Program-made: the position numbers and the translations under genes
Notes under the pieces: model-generated
The model's input: only the letters and a program-made list of their open reading frames with translations
The model's database searches: none
Told to the model about the DNA's origin: nothing
Shown: positions 1 to 10,374 of the stretch, in pieces
Position numbering within the stretch: the stretch's first letter is position 1
Layout of the letters: the number at the start of each line of letters is the position of its first letter
Assembly: GCA_963740355.1 (NCBI GenBank)
Contig: CAVUDW010000001.1
Coordinates: 1 to 64,000 of the forward strand
From: an uncultured Gemmatimonadaceae bacterium
GTDB lineage: Bacteria; Gemmatimonadota; Gemmatimonadetes; Gemmatimonadales; Gemmatimonadaceae
Direction: 5' to 3'
DNA: 64,000 nucleotides

Positions 1-37
1 ATCCGACAGGTCGTAGGTTCGAATCCTACCTGGCCTA
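1..37 (+). tRNA. 3' half of a tRNA; the anticodon is outside the window, so the isotype is undetermined
   Basis: T-arm GTAGG-TTCGAAT-CCTAC (13-29), then acceptor 3' strand CTGGCCT and discriminator A; no encoded CCA. Confidence 0.85.
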
Positions 38-189
38 TTCCGATCAGATTGCTGTGCCGTCAACGGTTCGACCGAGGCGGATGGCGCCACACCCTCCCCC
101 TTCCCCGAACCCGCTGTTACGGTTAGACTTGCGTGCTTCGAGGCCTCAGCAATTCGGGGCTCGGAACAGGGGTTGCAGATCGCTTTGAA

Positions 190-263
190 GGACGCGTAGC
201 TCAGCTGGTTAGAGCGCTGCTTTCACACAGCAGAGGTCCGGGGTTCGAGTCCCTGCGCGTCCA
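190..263 (+). tRNA. tRNA-Val (anticodon CAC)
   Basis: Full cloverleaf: acceptor GGACGCG/CGCGTCC, D-arm TAGCTCAGCTGGTTAGAGC, anticodon arm CTGCT-TTCACAC-AGCAG, T-arm CGGGG-TTCGAGT-CCCTG; CCA not encoded. Confidence 0.96.
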
Positions 264-302
264 TATCCCCCCGCTCGTGGTCTCTCAGCCATATACACAG
301 CG

Positions 303-2969
303 ATGAATCGCCTCTTCCTTCGGCCGCTGTTGGCGGTCGGGGTCTTTTTGTTTATGGCGGCGGCGCTTTCAGCCCAAACCGTCAACCCGCAGCAGGCGCA
401 GCAGCTCCTGCAGAATCGTCCCGACCTGCTCAATCAGTTGCGTCAACGGATTGGCGGTAGCGGACTCAGCCCTGATCAGATTCGCGCACGACTGCGCGCG
501 CAGGGCTATCCCGACAACCTCCTCGACTCGTATCTGCAGTCAGAAGGCCGGAGTGGCGCCTCGGGCACCGCAGACCCGCTCGCTGGTGCTGCGGCGGGAG
601 CGGGCGCTGCTGGAACGGCAGGGGGCACGAACGCCAATCCGATGATGCCGACCTCAGACGTGTTCAGCGCCCTGCGCGAACTCGGCATCGCGGACTCGAG
701 CGACTTCGACTTTCCCGGCGATACCAATCGCACCAAGCGACTGACTGGCGATTCGCTCCAGACACCGTTTGACAGCACGCTAGACAGCCGAATTCCGACC
801 GACCTGCGCGGCAAGGACGGCCGCAAGCTGACCCCGTACGAGCAGTATCTCTGGCTGCGCACCGACTCGATTCAGCGCGACAGCGGACTGAAGGTTTTCG
901 GCATGGACCTCTTCTCGCAGCGGAATGCGTCGCAGTTCGATGCGAATCTCGCGGGCCCGGTCGATCCCGGATATCGCCTTGGCGCGGGAGATCGACTGGT
1001 GCTGATCCTGACGGGCGATGTCGAGCAGGCCTACACCCTCGACGTCACCCGCGAAGGATTCGTGGTCATCCCGCAGGTTGGACAGATCAACGTCGCCAAC
1101 CTGACCCTGGCACAGCTCGAAGACCTGCTCTACACACGACTCGGCCGATCGTACTCCGGCATCCGGCGCGGCGCCAACGCGACCACACGCTTCAGCATCA
1201 GCGTCGCGAAGCTTCGATCGAACCAGATCTTCGTCGTCGGTGAAGTGGCGCGCCCTGGGAGTTACCGCGTTTCAGCCGCAGGTACGGCCTTGACGGCGCT
1301 GTACGCCGCCGGCGGGCCCACCATGAATGGCTCGTTGCGTGCCGTGCAGATCAAGCGCAACGGTCGAACCGTCGGCACCATCGACCTGTACGATTATCTG
1401 ATTCGCGGCGACGCATCGCGCGATTCGCGCCTGCTGAACGGAGATATCGTCTTCATCCCGGTTCATACAGGCCGCGTGCGCGTGATCGGTGAGGTGAATC
1501 GACCGGGCACGTACGAAGTCGGCACCAACGGATCGCTGGCCGAGATCATTCGTGCGGCCGGTGGGCTGATGCCAACCGCAGCGCGCTCGCGTATCCAGAT
1601 CGAGCGGCTTACACCGGTGCGCGATCGCAACCGCCCGGGCAGTGACCGCGCGGTGCTCGACGTGAGCGGAACCGACGGCGGCGCCGACGTGCCTGCCCTC
1701 GCACTGGCTGACGGCGACCTGATTCGTGTGTTGAAGGTGGCTGATCGTGTGCGCAACCGCGTCGTGATGCGCGGCAATGTCTTCACACCTGGTTCCGTCG
1801 GACTCACCAACGGAATGCGCCTCAGCGAGGCAATCCGGAAGGCCGGTGGCTTGAAGCCAGACACCTATCTGGGGCAGGTGCTGATCACGCGCCTCAATTC
1901 CGATTCGACGCGCACGCAGTTGCGCGCCGTCCTGGCTGACACGCTCGGCGCAGTCGTGAACGATCCGATCCTGCAGGAAGAGGACGAAGTGCGAGTCTTC
2001 GGGCGTAGCGAGTTCCGCCCGTTGCGGTATGTGGCCGTCACCGGCGCCGTGCGTCGCAGCGGTCGATATCCGTACCGCGAGGGGATGACGATGCGCGACC
2101 TCGTGCTGCTGGCTGGAGGCCTGCAGGAAAGTGCCTTGCTGACCGAGGCCGAGATTGCGCGCATGCCGAAGACGCGAGCGGATGGCCTGACGGCCTCCAC
2201 GATGCGTGTGCCGATGGACTCGAGCTACCTCTTCGAACGTGCACCAGATGGCAAGTACGCGGGCCCGCCAGGCATGCCGAGCGCTGCAGGCGGTGCCAGC
2301 GACGTAGTGCTGCAGGCGTATGACAACCTGCTGATCCTGCGCCAGCCCGACTGGGAATTGCAGCGCAGTGTGTACGTCGGCGGCGAAGTGAAATTCCCCG
2401 GCTCGTACACGCTGGTGAAGAAGACGGAACGACTGAGCGACATCATCCAGCGCGCGGGCGGCCTGACCAGTGAAGCCTACGCCGACGGCGTCAACTTCTC
2501 GCGTCGCCGGAATCGTGTCGGCCGGATTGGTGTGGATCTTCCGGCGGTGCTGAAGGATGCCAAGGAACAGGACAACATCATCCTCTTCGATGGCGACTCG
2601 ATCACTATTCCGCGCTACGATGCCGTGGTCCGCGTGGATGGCGCCGTGAATTCGCCGACTGCGCTGCCATATGTGCGCGGCAGGGACATGCAGTACTACA
2701 TCCGTGCAGCCGGTGGCGGGCGACTCGATGCCGACCTGCCGCGCACCTACGTCACGCAGCCGAACGGCCGCGTGGATGCGGTGTCCCGTCGATTCCTGCT
2801 GCCTGACGGTCAGCCGACGCCGCGTCCGGGCGCTGTGGTGACGGTGCCAAAACGCGATCGTACGGAGCGACAGGACAATCTCGCAGCACGCACACAAATC
2901 GCGTCGATCATCGGGACCTTTGCGGCTGTGCTGGCGTCGCTCGCAACGATCATCATCCAGACGCGATAA
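303..2969 (+). CDS. Large polysaccharide export protein (OPX, Wza/KpsD-like) with multiple SLBB domains
   Basis: Signal peptide; Poly_export motif YRLGAGDRL...EGFVVIPQVG; repeated V.GEV..PG.Y / AGGL SLBB units; C-terminal hydrophobic helix. Confidence 0.9.
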   Translation: MNRLFLRPLLAVGVFLFMAAALSAQTVNPQQAQQLLQNRPDLLNQLRQRIGGSGLSPDQIRARLRAQGYPDNLLDSYLQSEGRSGASGTADPLAGAAAGAGAAGTAGGTNANPMMPTSDVFSALRELGIADSSDFDFPGDTNRTKRLTGDSLQTPFDSTLDSRIPTDLRGKDGRKLTPYEQYLWLRTDSIQRDSGLKVFGMDLFSQRNASQFDANLAGPVDPGYRLGAGDRLVLILTGDVEQAYTLDVTREGFVVIPQVGQINVANLTLAQLEDLLYTRLGRSYSGIRRGANATTRFSISVAKLRSNQIFVVGEVARPGSYRVSAAGTALTALYAAGGPTMNGSLRAVQIKRNGRTVGTIDLYDYLIRGDASRDSRLLNGDIVFIPVHTGRVRVIGEVNRPGTYEVGTNGSLAEIIRAAGGLMPTAARSRIQIERLTPVRDRNRPGSDRAVLDVSGTDGGADVPALALADGDLIRVLKVADRVRNRVVMRGNVFTPGSVGLTNGMRLSEAIRKAGGLKPDTYLGQVLITRLNSDSTRTQLRAVLADTLGAVVNDPILQEEDEVRVFGRSEFRPLRYVAVTGAVRRSGRYPYREGMTMRDLVLLAGGLQESALLTEAEIARMPKTRADGLTASTMRVPMDSSYLFERAPDGKYAGPPGMPSAAGGASDVVLQAYDNLLILRQPDWELQRSVYVGGEVKFPGSYTLVKKTERLSDIIQRAGGLTSEAYADGVNFSRRRNRVGRIGVDLPAVLKDAKEQDNIILFDGDSITIPRYDAVVRVDGAVNSPTALPYVRGRDMQYYIRAAGGGRLDADLPRTYVTQPNGRVDAVSRRFLLPDGQPTPRPGAVVTVPKRDRTERQDNLAARTQIASIIGTFAAVLASLATIIIQTR

Positions 2970-2983
2970 AGGGTCTGGCGCCG

Positions 2984-4492
2984 ATGGCAGACGAGGCAGA
3001 GTCCGCGGCCGAGTCGCCACGCGCGCCGTCACTGTTGCGGAGCGGCGCGCAGAGCCTCTTCACCTCTGCGGCGCCGCTGCTGGTGGCGCTCATCGCGCTG
3101 CCACTCCTCACCCGACGGCTGGGGACGGAACGTTTCGGTCTCCTCGCGCTGGCGTGGGCCTGGCTGAGTTACGCCGCGCTGCTCGATTTCGGGCTGGGGC
3201 GGTCGCTCACGCGCCTCATCGCGGCGTCGGACTCGGGTGAAGTCATCGAGGCGCCAGTCACCGCGTTCGTCTCGACCGCGTTGGTGCTGCTGACCGTCAT
3301 CGGTGGGGTGGTCGGCATCGGCGGTGCGGTGCTCGCGCCGTGGTACGTCGTCAGTGTCCTCCACGTGTCCGATGGCCTGAGACTGGATGCCATCGTGAGC
3401 GGGGTGATCTTCGCATTGACGGTGCCGGCGATCACCGGGGCCAGTGTGCCGCGCGCGGTGCTCGAGGCACGGCAGCAGTTCCGCGACGTGAACTTCGTCC
3501 GGCTGCCGGTCAGTGTGGCAACCTTCGCGGTTCCGTTGCTGCTGTTGCCGTTCACCGCGTCACTCACGGTCATTGCCATCACCATCGCGGTCGTCCGGCT
3601 TTGGGCGCTGTGGCGGTACCATTCGCTGGCCCGAGCCAGCCTGCAACGTGACGAGCAACACAGCGCGGCACGCAGTCATGTGCGCCCACTGCTGAGAGCG
3701 GGGGCCTGGATGACGGTGAGCAACGTCCTCAGTCCGTTGCTCACGGTGGCGGATCGTTTCGTCATCGGCTCGCTGATTTCTGTCAGCGCGGTGGCGCTGT
3801 ATGCCGCGCCGTGGGAGGCTGTGACGAAGCTGTTCCTGGTACCGGGAGCGCTGACGATGGTGCTGTTCCCCGCCATCACGCGTGCCTCCACAGCACAGCG
3901 CGAACAGCTGGTGCCGCTGCACACGGCCAGCGTTCGGCTGCTGACGCTGATCGTGGTGCCGGTGTGCGCCGTGGCGTGCTTGCTGGCACCGTGGCTGTTG
4001 CAACTGGCCGGCGGTCGAGAGTACACCGGCGACAGTGTCGCCGTGTTGCGCATCCTGGCCATCGGCGTGGCGGCCAACTGCGTCGCAGCCGTGCCCTTCA
4101 CCCTGTTGCAGGCCAGCGGTCGCGCGAAGTGGACGGCGATGCTGCACGTGATCGAGCTCGTTCCATTCTTCGTCGCACTGTGGTTCGCAGTCACGAAGTG
4201 GGGGATCATCGGCGCCGCCATCGCCTGGACGATTCGTGTATTGATCGACGCCGCGCTGATGGCGTGGCGCGCACAGGCCGTCGCCCCCCTGCCCGCCTCC
4301 GCGCTACTGCTGAACGTGATAGGAGTTGCACTGGTTGCTGGTGCGGCCTGGCTCGGCGACACGCTGCCTGACACGAGTCGCCTGCCGCTGATCGTGGCAC
4401 TGATCGTTTCAGGTGTGCTGCCACTCCTGCTCTGGCAGCAACGCAGCACGGCGGAACGCATGGTGATGGGTCGGCTCGGCGGGCGAGGCTGA
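2984..4492 (+). CDS. wzx: Wzx-type polysaccharide flippase
   Basis: 502 aa, about 12-14 TM segments; LG.ERFGLL..LDFGL and DRFVIG...VALYA motifs. Confidence 0.88.
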   Translation: MADEAESAAESPRAPSLLRSGAQSLFTSAAPLLVALIALPLLTRRLGTERFGLLALAWAWLSYAALLDFGLGRSLTRLIAASDSGEVIEAPVTAFVSTALVLLTVIGGVVGIGGAVLAPWYVVSVLHVSDGLRLDAIVSGVIFALTVPAITGASVPRAVLEARQQFRDVNFVRLPVSVATFAVPLLLLPFTASLTVIAITIAVVRLWALWRYHSLARASLQRDEQHSAARSHVRPLLRAGAWMTVSNVLSPLLTVADRFVIGSLISVSAVALYAAPWEAVTKLFLVPGALTMVLFPAITRASTAQREQLVPLHTASVRLLTLIVVPVCAVACLLAPWLLQLAGGREYTGDSVAVLRILAIGVAANCVAAVPFTLLQASGRAKWTAMLHVIELVPFFVALWFAVTKWGIIGAAIAWTIRVLIDAALMAWRAQAVAPLPASALLLNVIGVALVAGAAWLGDTLPDTSRLPLIVALIVSGVLPLLLWQQRSTAERMVMGRLGGRG

Positions 4493-4496
4493 CCGA

Positions 4497-5555
4497 ATGC
4501 TCGCGATCATCATCCTGCAGTACGGTCGCTGGCGTGACACCATCGCCTGCCTGCAAAGCGTCGTTCGTGATGTTGACGCTGGCCATGCCTGCGTGATCGT
4601 CGTCGATAACGCGTCTCCCGACGACAGTGTCTCGCAGCTGCACCAGTGGATACACGGTGCCCACGCCGGAACGCCACGTCCGGTACACGACACCGTTGCC
4701 GCGCAGTGGTGGCCGCTGGCTGGCACACATGCGGAGTGGGAGGTTCAGCGCCCTGGAGGCGTCGCGCCGGTGGTGGCGACGTTGGCGGGCTGGAACCTGA
4801 TTCGTTCCGAGAGCAACCAGGGTTTTGCTGCCGGCATGAACATCGGCATCCGGGCCGCGTTGTCCGATCCGCGCATCGATGCCGTCTGGCTGCTCAACAA
4901 TGACACGGTGGTGGCCGAAGGCGCGGTCTCGGCCGTCCGGACTGCGCTCGACACGGCGCCGGCCTCCGTCGGGCAGTTCGGTACGACAGTCTGCTACTAC
5001 GATCGACCGACGATCATCCAGTCGGTGGGGTGGTGCCAGTGGAATGCGTGGCTGGCCACCAGCCAGCGGGTGCACGACGGCGCCAGCGTCTCGCAGCCAC
5101 TCTCGCGCACACCGGTCATGCCCGGCTACGTCTACGGCGCATCGTGGGTGCTGCGCGTGAGTGCACTTCGGGATGTCGGCCTGCTGTGGGAAGAAGGGTT
5201 TCTCTACGGCGAGGAGCTGGACTGGTCGTGCCGGGCCGCGCGCCGGTGGCAAACGCGACTGATCGAGCAGGCGGTCGTCTGGCATCGGGAAGGGGCCACG
5301 ATCGGCGCCGGGGCCGCTACGGCAGCGGCGCGGAGCGAATTGGCCGATCTCTGCGGGATCTCGGCCCGGCTCCGCCTGACGCACCGTTTTTTCCCGCGGC
5401 GTTTGCCTGCCGTATATTCGAGCTTGTTCGGCGCAGTGCTCAACCGGCTCCGTCGGGGTGACTCCGCACGCGCCGCCGCAGTCGCTCGGTTGGTACTGAA
5501 TGGCGGTCTGCCGGCCCCGAGGCCGGTGCCGCCTGTCGATTCTCACTCGTCCTGA
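4497..5555 (+). CDS. Glycosyltransferase family 2 (rhamnosyltransferase-like)
   Basis: VVDNAS, NQGFAAGMNIG, WLLNNDT, FLYGEELDW motifs. Confidence 0.88.
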   Translation: MLAIIILQYGRWRDTIACLQSVVRDVDAGHACVIVVDNASPDDSVSQLHQWIHGAHAGTPRPVHDTVAAQWWPLAGTHAEWEVQRPGGVAPVVATLAGWNLIRSESNQGFAAGMNIGIRAALSDPRIDAVWLLNNDTVVAEGAVSAVRTALDTAPASVGQFGTTVCYYDRPTIIQSVGWCQWNAWLATSQRVHDGASVSQPLSRTPVMPGYVYGASWVLRVSALRDVGLLWEEGFLYGEELDWSCRAARRWQTRLIEQAVVWHREGATIGAGAATAAARSELADLCGISARLRLTHRFFPRRLPAVYSSLFGAVLNRLRRGDSARAAAVARLVLNGGLPAPRPVPPVDSHSS

Positions 5556-5559
5556 TGCC

Positions 5560-6621
5560 GTGACCCCAGAGCTGCCGAGCACCACGCTGAGCCAATCGCC
5601 GCTGCCGGTCGAGGAATTCTCGATCGAGGAGTTGCGTCGTGGCCTGGCGGAACGCTGGCTCTGGTGGACCCTGGCACCGATCCTCTGTGCCGCGCTGGGC
5701 GCGACGCTGGCAATCGCGTGGCCGAAGTCGTGGGCGGCCACGACCAGCTTCGTGCCGGAACAGGCGATCTCCGGCGGGTCGAGCAGCATCCTCGGTGCCA
5801 TCGGTTCAATCGGCTCACTGCTCGGCGACCAGGGCGGCGCGCTGGGCAAGCTGTCGGATGGACCGAGCGGTGAGTTCTACGCGGACGTGCTGACCAGCCA
5901 GGAACTTCTCGTCTCGACGCTGAAGGGCCAGTACAGCGATCCCGCGGCGCCTGGCACGAAGAAAACGCTTTTGGAGCTGATGGAGCCGAAAGGTGACACA
6001 CCGGCACAGAAGCTGGGCAACGCGACGCGTGCACTGAAGCGCAAGACCACGATCGAACTGACGCGAAAGAGTGGCATCGTCAAGCTCACCGTGACGCTCA
6101 ACAGTCCGACGCTTGCAGCTGAAGTTGCGAATCGCATGTTGATCCTGCTGAACCAGTTCAACCTCGATCGTCGTCAGCGCACCAGCGCTGAGCAGCGGCG
6201 TTTTGCGGAACAGCGGCTGCTCACGGCGAAACAGGAACTGGACTCGATCAGCAAGACGCGCCAGGCATTCCTCGAGGAGAATCGTGCGCTGAGCAACAGT
6301 CCGCGACTGCTGGCGCGTTACGAAGAGCTGGATCGCCTGGTGCAAGTCAAGGAAGGTGTGCTGCTCGGCTTGACGCGCACGTTCGAGGAAAGTCGCGTCA
6401 CGGAGGTGAAGGACACCCCGCTGATCGCTGTCGTCGACCACGCAATGGAACCGGATCGCCCTGAGCAGCGCCCACTGCCATGGGCTGGTGCCGCCGCGGC
6501 GATCGGCTTGCTGTTTGGCGTCGGCGCGGGTGTCGTGGCGTCGCTGCGCAAGCGTGCGCAGGTGGAGCGTCTCGCGGTGAGTGGTCGGTCCAGTGGGTCG
6601 GTGATGCGTGCAGTGGGCTGA
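5560..6621 (+). CDS. Wzz-like polysaccharide co-polymerase / chain-length regulator
   Basis: N- and C-terminal TM helices flanking a coiled-coil, no kinase domain; GTG 5560 preferred over 5500 to avoid overlapping the upstream GT. Confidence 0.78.
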   Translation: MTPELPSTTLSQSPLPVEEFSIEELRRGLAERWLWWTLAPILCAALGATLAIAWPKSWAATTSFVPEQAISGGSSSILGAIGSIGSLLGDQGGALGKLSDGPSGEFYADVLTSQELLVSTLKGQYSDPAAPGTKKTLLELMEPKGDTPAQKLGNATRALKRKTTIELTRKSGIVKLTVTLNSPTLAAEVANRMLILLNQFNLDRRQRTSAEQRRFAEQRLLTAKQELDSISKTRQAFLEENRALSNSPRLLARYEELDRLVQVKEGVLLGLTRTFEESRVTEVKDTPLIAVVDHAMEPDRPEQRPLPWAGAAAAIGLLFGVGAGVVASLRKRAQVERLAVSGRSSGSVMRAVG

Positions 6622-6630
6622 CGGCGCGGC

Positions 6631-7926
6631 ATGACGTCGATCGCCGTCCGACCTGCGTCGTCGCCGTCGATGCCGCTGCGGACGGCAGCGGGGCTGACGA
6701 TCGTGGCCACGCTGCCACTCACCTACGCACTGACCATCCCGGTCGGTTTTCCACTCAAGATCTACGAGTTGGTACTCGGCGGCCTGCTGTTGATCGCGCT
6801 GGTCGACGGTCGCATGCGTGTCGCGCCGGGATTGAAACCGTACGTCGATCCGCTGGTGGCCTTTCTCGTTGTCACGACCATCGTGCTCGTCGTCCGGCTC
6901 GTCTACCGACTCGACACGTTTACCACCAGCGGGTTTGAATCGCGCGCAGGCCCGGTCGGCGACGGCCTGCTCAAGCTGGCGTACTGGGGGCTGGCGGTCT
7001 TCGCATTCGTGGTCGTCGCAACCGAGTCGTACGAATCGCCGGAGCGCGTTGCGCGCGTGTGGTGCATCGCCGCGGTGTCAGCGGCAATCTACGCATGGGC
7101 ACTCGCCATTCCATCGGCGCTCAACCTCCCGGCTCCCCTCCTACCCGGCATGGACGCCGCAGCCAGGATCACGCTCGGCGGTCGAGAAGTACTGCGCGGC
7201 GGCACGATGCAGGAGGGGAATTTTTTCTCCTTGTACCTTCTGGCATCACTCGCCATCGCGATCTGGTCACAACGCAAGAAGACGGCATGGTTCCTCGGCG
7301 CCACCGTCTTCATCACCTTCTCGACGGCGAATGTCGCTGGGCTGGTGGTGATGTTGGCATGGATGGCCGCCAGCCGTTTTCATCGGTCGCGTGATGTGCG
7401 CGTGAAGATCCGAATCATCGCGACCATCCTCTTGTCGACGACGGCGCTCATCGGCGGGCTCGTCGCCACTGGCTACCTTGGCACGATCTTCGTCGCCAAG
7501 CTATCCGGGGCGCAGTTCGCGTCGGGACTCGACCGGCTCGATCTCACGGTGGCCGGCATTCGGATGACCGCTGCCCATCCGTTGATCGGCGTTGGGCTCT
7601 CGCAGTACGGCTTCAACTATCGCCCCTACCAGCTGACTGACGTTTTCGACGTCACGCGGCCGGTGAAGCCAATCGCCACCAATTCGTGGGTCGAACTGGC
7701 TGCCGAGACAGGCATTCTTGGCACGTCGCTGATTTTGCTGTTCGGTGCCCGCATCTGGCGCGGCACCCGCGGCGTCGATCGCATTGCCTTGCGCACCGGC
7801 GTCGTCGCTATTGCACTTGGCCTGTTCAGCTTCCCGGCGCCCACCGTCACCTTTCTGTGGGCGTACTGTGGGTTGGTGGCGGGCCTCCATCTACGCGACA
7901 AGGCTGTTGCGCAAACCTCGACATGA
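6631..7926 (+). CDS. O-antigen ligase / Wzy polymerase family membrane protein
   Basis: Multi-TM; R..GT..EGN motif; Wzy_C-like HPLIGVG....G and N.WVELAAETGILG. Confidence 0.82.
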   Translation: MTSIAVRPASSPSMPLRTAAGLTIVATLPLTYALTIPVGFPLKIYELVLGGLLLIALVDGRMRVAPGLKPYVDPLVAFLVVTTIVLVVRLVYRLDTFTTSGFESRAGPVGDGLLKLAYWGLAVFAFVVVATESYESPERVARVWCIAAVSAAIYAWALAIPSALNLPAPLLPGMDAAARITLGGREVLRGGTMQEGNFFSLYLLASLAIAIWSQRKKTAWFLGATVFITFSTANVAGLVVMLAWMAASRFHRSRDVRVKIRIIATILLSTTALIGGLVATGYLGTIFVAKLSGAQFASGLDRLDLTVAGIRMTAAHPLIGVGLSQYGFNYRPYQLTDVFDVTRPVKPIATNSWVELAAETGILGTSLILLFGARIWRGTRGVDRIALRTGVVAIALGLFSFPAPTVTFLWAYCGLVAGLHLRDKAVAQTST

Positions 7927-8024
7927 GCGGTATCGAGTGGCTGCGTGCGCGCAGCAGGGCGATGGCCAGACACGCCTTTACGCGCGCGCGGGTAGTAGAG
8001 CCCCCGATGATCAAGTAGTTTTCC

Positions 8025-9212
8025 GTGGGTGTTCACGACACACCAGCCTCATCTGTTTGGTCGAGACGCGCGATGGTGCGCGATGCTCGGCTCATGACCC
8101 GCCCCCAGCTCATCCAGATCCTGGGGCGGCAGTACCTGTTGCCGACCTGGTACCCGGCCCCGCTGGTCACCGGTCTCGCACTTGTCGATCAGGGCCGACG
8201 ACTCGTCAGCGCACCCGTGGCGCCGCGAACAATTCCCGACCTGACCCGGGCCACGATCGTGATCGCGAAACCCGATCACTTCGGCGATCTCATTCAGGCC
8301 ACGGCGCTCCTGCGTGCGTTGCGAGATCGGCTGCCCGACGCACGTCTGGTGCTGGTGCACGGTTCGTGGGCCCGCGATGTCGGTCGCTGGCTGGTCGAAC
8401 ATGACTATGTCCACGATCTCGTGACCTATGACGCGGTCTGGCTGCAGTCGGCGGAGCACTCGTGGCCAACACGCATCCGCGTCGAGCACGAGACGCGCGC
8501 TGCGGCAGCGGCGGCGATCAAGGCCATGCAGCCGGAGGTCTATCTCGACATCCGCTGTACGTCACCGAGCACCATCGACCTCGCCATCGAGAGCGAGGTG
8601 CCGGTGCGGATCGGATTTGGCCTTCGCGGACGCAGCTGGCAGTATCACGCGCTCATTCCGTACCGTGCCGAGTCGTCGCTGGGACAGAATTGGCTACACG
8701 CACTCGAGACGCTCGGCTTGCCACCTGCGACGTATGCCGGCCCTGTCTTGCCCACTGCGGCATCATTGGCGGCCGATGCCCCGATCATCGTGCAGCCGGG
8801 CAGCAGGACAGCGGCGAAGGAAGCACCGCTCGCGCTCTGGGCGGAACTGCTTCCACTCTTGGCCAAGCGCGCACCAATCTTGCTCGTCGGCAACGAGAGC
8901 GACCGCGAACGATTCGCGTCCTTGCGCGCCATGGTGCCACCAGATCGGCTGCAGGATGCAATGGGCGCCACCAGCTTCAGTGACCTGGTGATGCTGGCAG
9001 GCCGTGCTCGTGCCGCGATCGGTGTCGAATCGATGGTGGCTCACCTTGCGGTTGGTTATCGCCGACCGACCGTGGTGCTGAATAACCCGCAAGCTTCGGG
9101 TATCATTGCCTTCCCTGACGGCCTGCCGTCATTGACCTTTGTAGACATGACCAACGCCCCCCAGCACGCCGCAGCCATCGCGATTGGGCACCTCGACCGG
9201 TTTCTCGCCTGA
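8025..9212 (+). CDS. Glycosyltransferase family 9 (heptosyltransferase-like); start uncertain
   Basis: DHFGDLI, VQPGS, GATSFSDL, IGVESMVAHLA (GT9 DSG..H-like). Confidence 0.78.
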   Translation: MGVHDTPASSVWSRRAMVRDARLMTRPQLIQILGRQYLLPTWYPAPLVTGLALVDQGRRLVSAPVAPRTIPDLTRATIVIAKPDHFGDLIQATALLRALRDRLPDARLVLVHGSWARDVGRWLVEHDYVHDLVTYDAVWLQSAEHSWPTRIRVEHETRAAAAAAIKAMQPEVYLDIRCTSPSTIDLAIESEVPVRIGFGLRGRSWQYHALIPYRAESSLGQNWLHALETLGLPPATYAGPVLPTAASLAADAPIIVQPGSRTAAKEAPLALWAELLPLLAKRAPILLVGNESDRERFASLRAMVPPDRLQDAMGATSFSDLVMLAGRARAAIGVESMVAHLAVGYRRPTVVLNNPQASGIIAFPDGLPSLTFVDMTNAPQHAAAIAIGHLDRFLA

Positions 9213-10354
9213 TGCGCGTTGCAATCATTCATGATTGGCTGACAACCTGGGCGGGTGCCGAATGTGTGCTCCAGCGGCTGTTGACGCTGATGCCACAGGC
9301 CGATCTCTACTCGACGATCGACACGCTGCCAGCCGAGTATCGCGCAGGGCTCGTCGGACGCACGCCGCACACGACGATGCTCCAGCACATGCCGAAGCTC
9401 GCCGAGAACTACCGCATGCTCCTGCCGCTGATGCCGATGGCCATCAAGGCCTGGGACTTCAGCGGGTACGACCTGATCGTCTCGAGCTCACACGCCGTCG
9501 CGAAAGGCATCACGGTCCCGAAGGGCGTGCGCCATGTCTGCTACTGTCACACGCCGATGCGGTACGCCTGGGACCTCGAGAACGCGTATCTCGATACGAG
9601 CGGCTTCCGCGGCCCGAAGGCGTGGCTCGCACGGCAGGTGCTCTCCCAACTCCGCAGCTGGGATCGACGCAGCGCCGACGGTGTGACCGAGTTCATCGCG
9701 AACTCTTCCTACATCTCGGCGCGCATCAAGCGCTGTTACGGCCGCGAGAGCGTGGTGGTGCATCCACCGGTGGACACCGCCAGCTTCACGCTCAACAACG
9801 CACCACGAGCCACCAACTTCGTCACCGCCGGTCGCATCGTGCAGTACAAGCGAATCGACCTTCTGGTGGAGGCGTTTCGCCTGCGGCCGAATGAACGCCT
9901 GATCGTGATCGGGGATGGGCCGGGTCGCGCCGAGATCTCTGCGGGCGCGCCGCCAAACGTGCATTTCACCGGGCGGCTCCCACTCGATGAACTGCGGGCG
10001 CACATGCAGTCGGCACGTGCGTTCCTGTTCGCGGCCGAGGAAGACTTCGGCATCACACCGCTCGAGGCGCAGGCTTGTGGCACCCCGGTGATCGCCTTCG
10101 GTCGCGGTGCCGCCACGGAGACCATTCGCGGTCTCGATCACGACACACCGACGGGCGTCTTCTTTGGTGCCCAGACACCGAATGCGGTGGTGCGCGCGAT
10201 CGATGACTTCTATGCGCACGAGCGTGACATCACTGCCGAGGCCTGCCGCAACAACGCACAGCGTTTCGCGACCCCCCGGTTCGACAGTGGCATGCGCGAA
10301 GTGCTCGGCCTGGTCGGCTCGGCAGTCCCAGACGGCGCGCTGGCGAGCCGTTAG
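9212..10354 (+). CDS. Glycosyltransferase family 4 (WbaZ-like mannosyltransferase)
   Basis: HDWL...GAE, SSSHAVAKG, YCHTPMRY, EEDFGI.PLEAQACG. Confidence 0.92.
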   Translation: MRVAIIHDWLTTWAGAECVLQRLLTLMPQADLYSTIDTLPAEYRAGLVGRTPHTTMLQHMPKLAENYRMLLPLMPMAIKAWDFSGYDLIVSSSHAVAKGITVPKGVRHVCYCHTPMRYAWDLENAYLDTSGFRGPKAWLARQVLSQLRSWDRRSADGVTEFIANSSYISARIKRCYGRESVVVHPPVDTASFTLNNAPRATNFVTAGRIVQYKRIDLLVEAFRLRPNERLIVIGDGPGRAEISAGAPPNVHFTGRLPLDELRAHMQSARAFLFAAEEDFGITPLEAQACGTPVIAFGRGAATETIRGLDHDTPTGVFFGAQTPNAVVRAIDDFYAHERDITAEACRNNAQRFATPRFDSGMREVLGLVGSAVPDGALASR

Positions 10355-10374
10355 TCGCCGCAACCGACAGACGC

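Noticed and set aside
1..302. tRNA-anchored integrative element
   Set aside because: No integrase or transposase, and no repeat of either tRNA 3' end was noticed in the window
453..464. GGCGGTAGCGGA resembling the ops/JUMPstart (RfaH) element near the start of a polysaccharide operon
   Set aside because: It lies inside the CDS encoding Gly-Gly-Ser-Gly, lacks the terminal TG and the JUMPstart context, and is likely chance in GC-rich DNA
1272..3032. Long antisense ORFs (586 aa here; also 4206-5849, 39216-40880, 42906-44753, 57583-58776)
   Set aside because: Shadow frames of well-supported genes in high-GC DNA, with no motifs and Arg/Ala/His-rich composition
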